From Marsupella aquatica (taxonomy: Eukaryota; Plantae; Marchantiophyta): a DNA stretch of 64,000 nt. The notes under the pieces are model-generated. The model saw only the letters and a program-made list of their open reading frames with translations, was not told the origin of the DNA and made no database searches. The translations under genes and the position numbers were made by a program. Each line of letters opens with the position of its first letter. Position 1 is the first letter of the stretch. The stretch is from positions 18,549,292 through 18,613,291 of the forward strand of contig OZ316898.1 of assembly GCA_973895155.1 (NCBI GenBank), in the 5' to 3' direction. This document shows positions 63,561-64,000 of the stretch, one piece after another.

Positions 63561-64000
63561 TCTGAGTGTTGTGCAACGCGCAATATTGAGCTAGCATATA
63601 ATGGTTTAAGGTATCTATTGACAGGAGTATTGAGGCGGGGTCTGAGTAGGATATACTTGTAATTATCATGTTTAAGGTATTGACGGGGGTATTGAATCTC
63701 CAATTTGTTAATACTGAGTCATTGTTATATTTATCACATCGAACATGAACCAAGTTGGGAAGCTAGATTTCTCTATCTATGCTTCTCAGCCACTAAAGGC
63801 TCCATTTTTTTCTCCATCCACTATTCTGTAACCTCACCACGGTCCGTACGTCGGATGCAAAATCCAAAGGCCTAACTTCTCGTGCCAAATTGCCGAAAAA
63901 AAATGGGATGCCCTCCACTGTTACATCACATAGTCCCCTTGTTTTATTCTCCATCCATTGATCTGTACGTCGGATGCAAAATCCAAAGGCCTAACTTCTC

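Overview
Eukaryotic, transposon-rich DNA with spliceosomal introns. It is probably a non-seed land plant such as a liverwort or other bryophyte, inferred only from the TE families. The host scaffold is a tandem array of genes for an MpaB/Lcp (rubber-oxygenase, DUF2236)-type heme oxygenase. There are two intact two-exon copies (39279-41692, 59778-62086), one truncated pseudogene (4761-5530) and duplicated flanks. Inserted into the array are an L1-type LINE, a Ty3/Gypsy element, CRE-like RT fragments, two copies of a hAT-like MITE with 8-bp TSDs, a 1.2-kb long-TIR element and a P-element-like transposase. The most notable content is two different large, decayed DNA transposons, here called element A (15959-21900, with a related inverted end at about 52960-56048) and element C (21901-33801). 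Each encodes a ParB/Srx-like domain fused to a prokaryote-type beta-class N6A/N4C DNA methyltransferase domain. Each is also studded, mostly in introns and intergenic DNA, with about 17 copies of its own 17-bp 7-3-7 palindrome (GGGATAC-N3-GTATCCC in A; CTCGAGA-N3-TCTCGAG in C). This suggests a parS/ParB-like, element-specific self-recognition and DNA-modification system. All protein assignments are motif recognition by eye; no searches were run.
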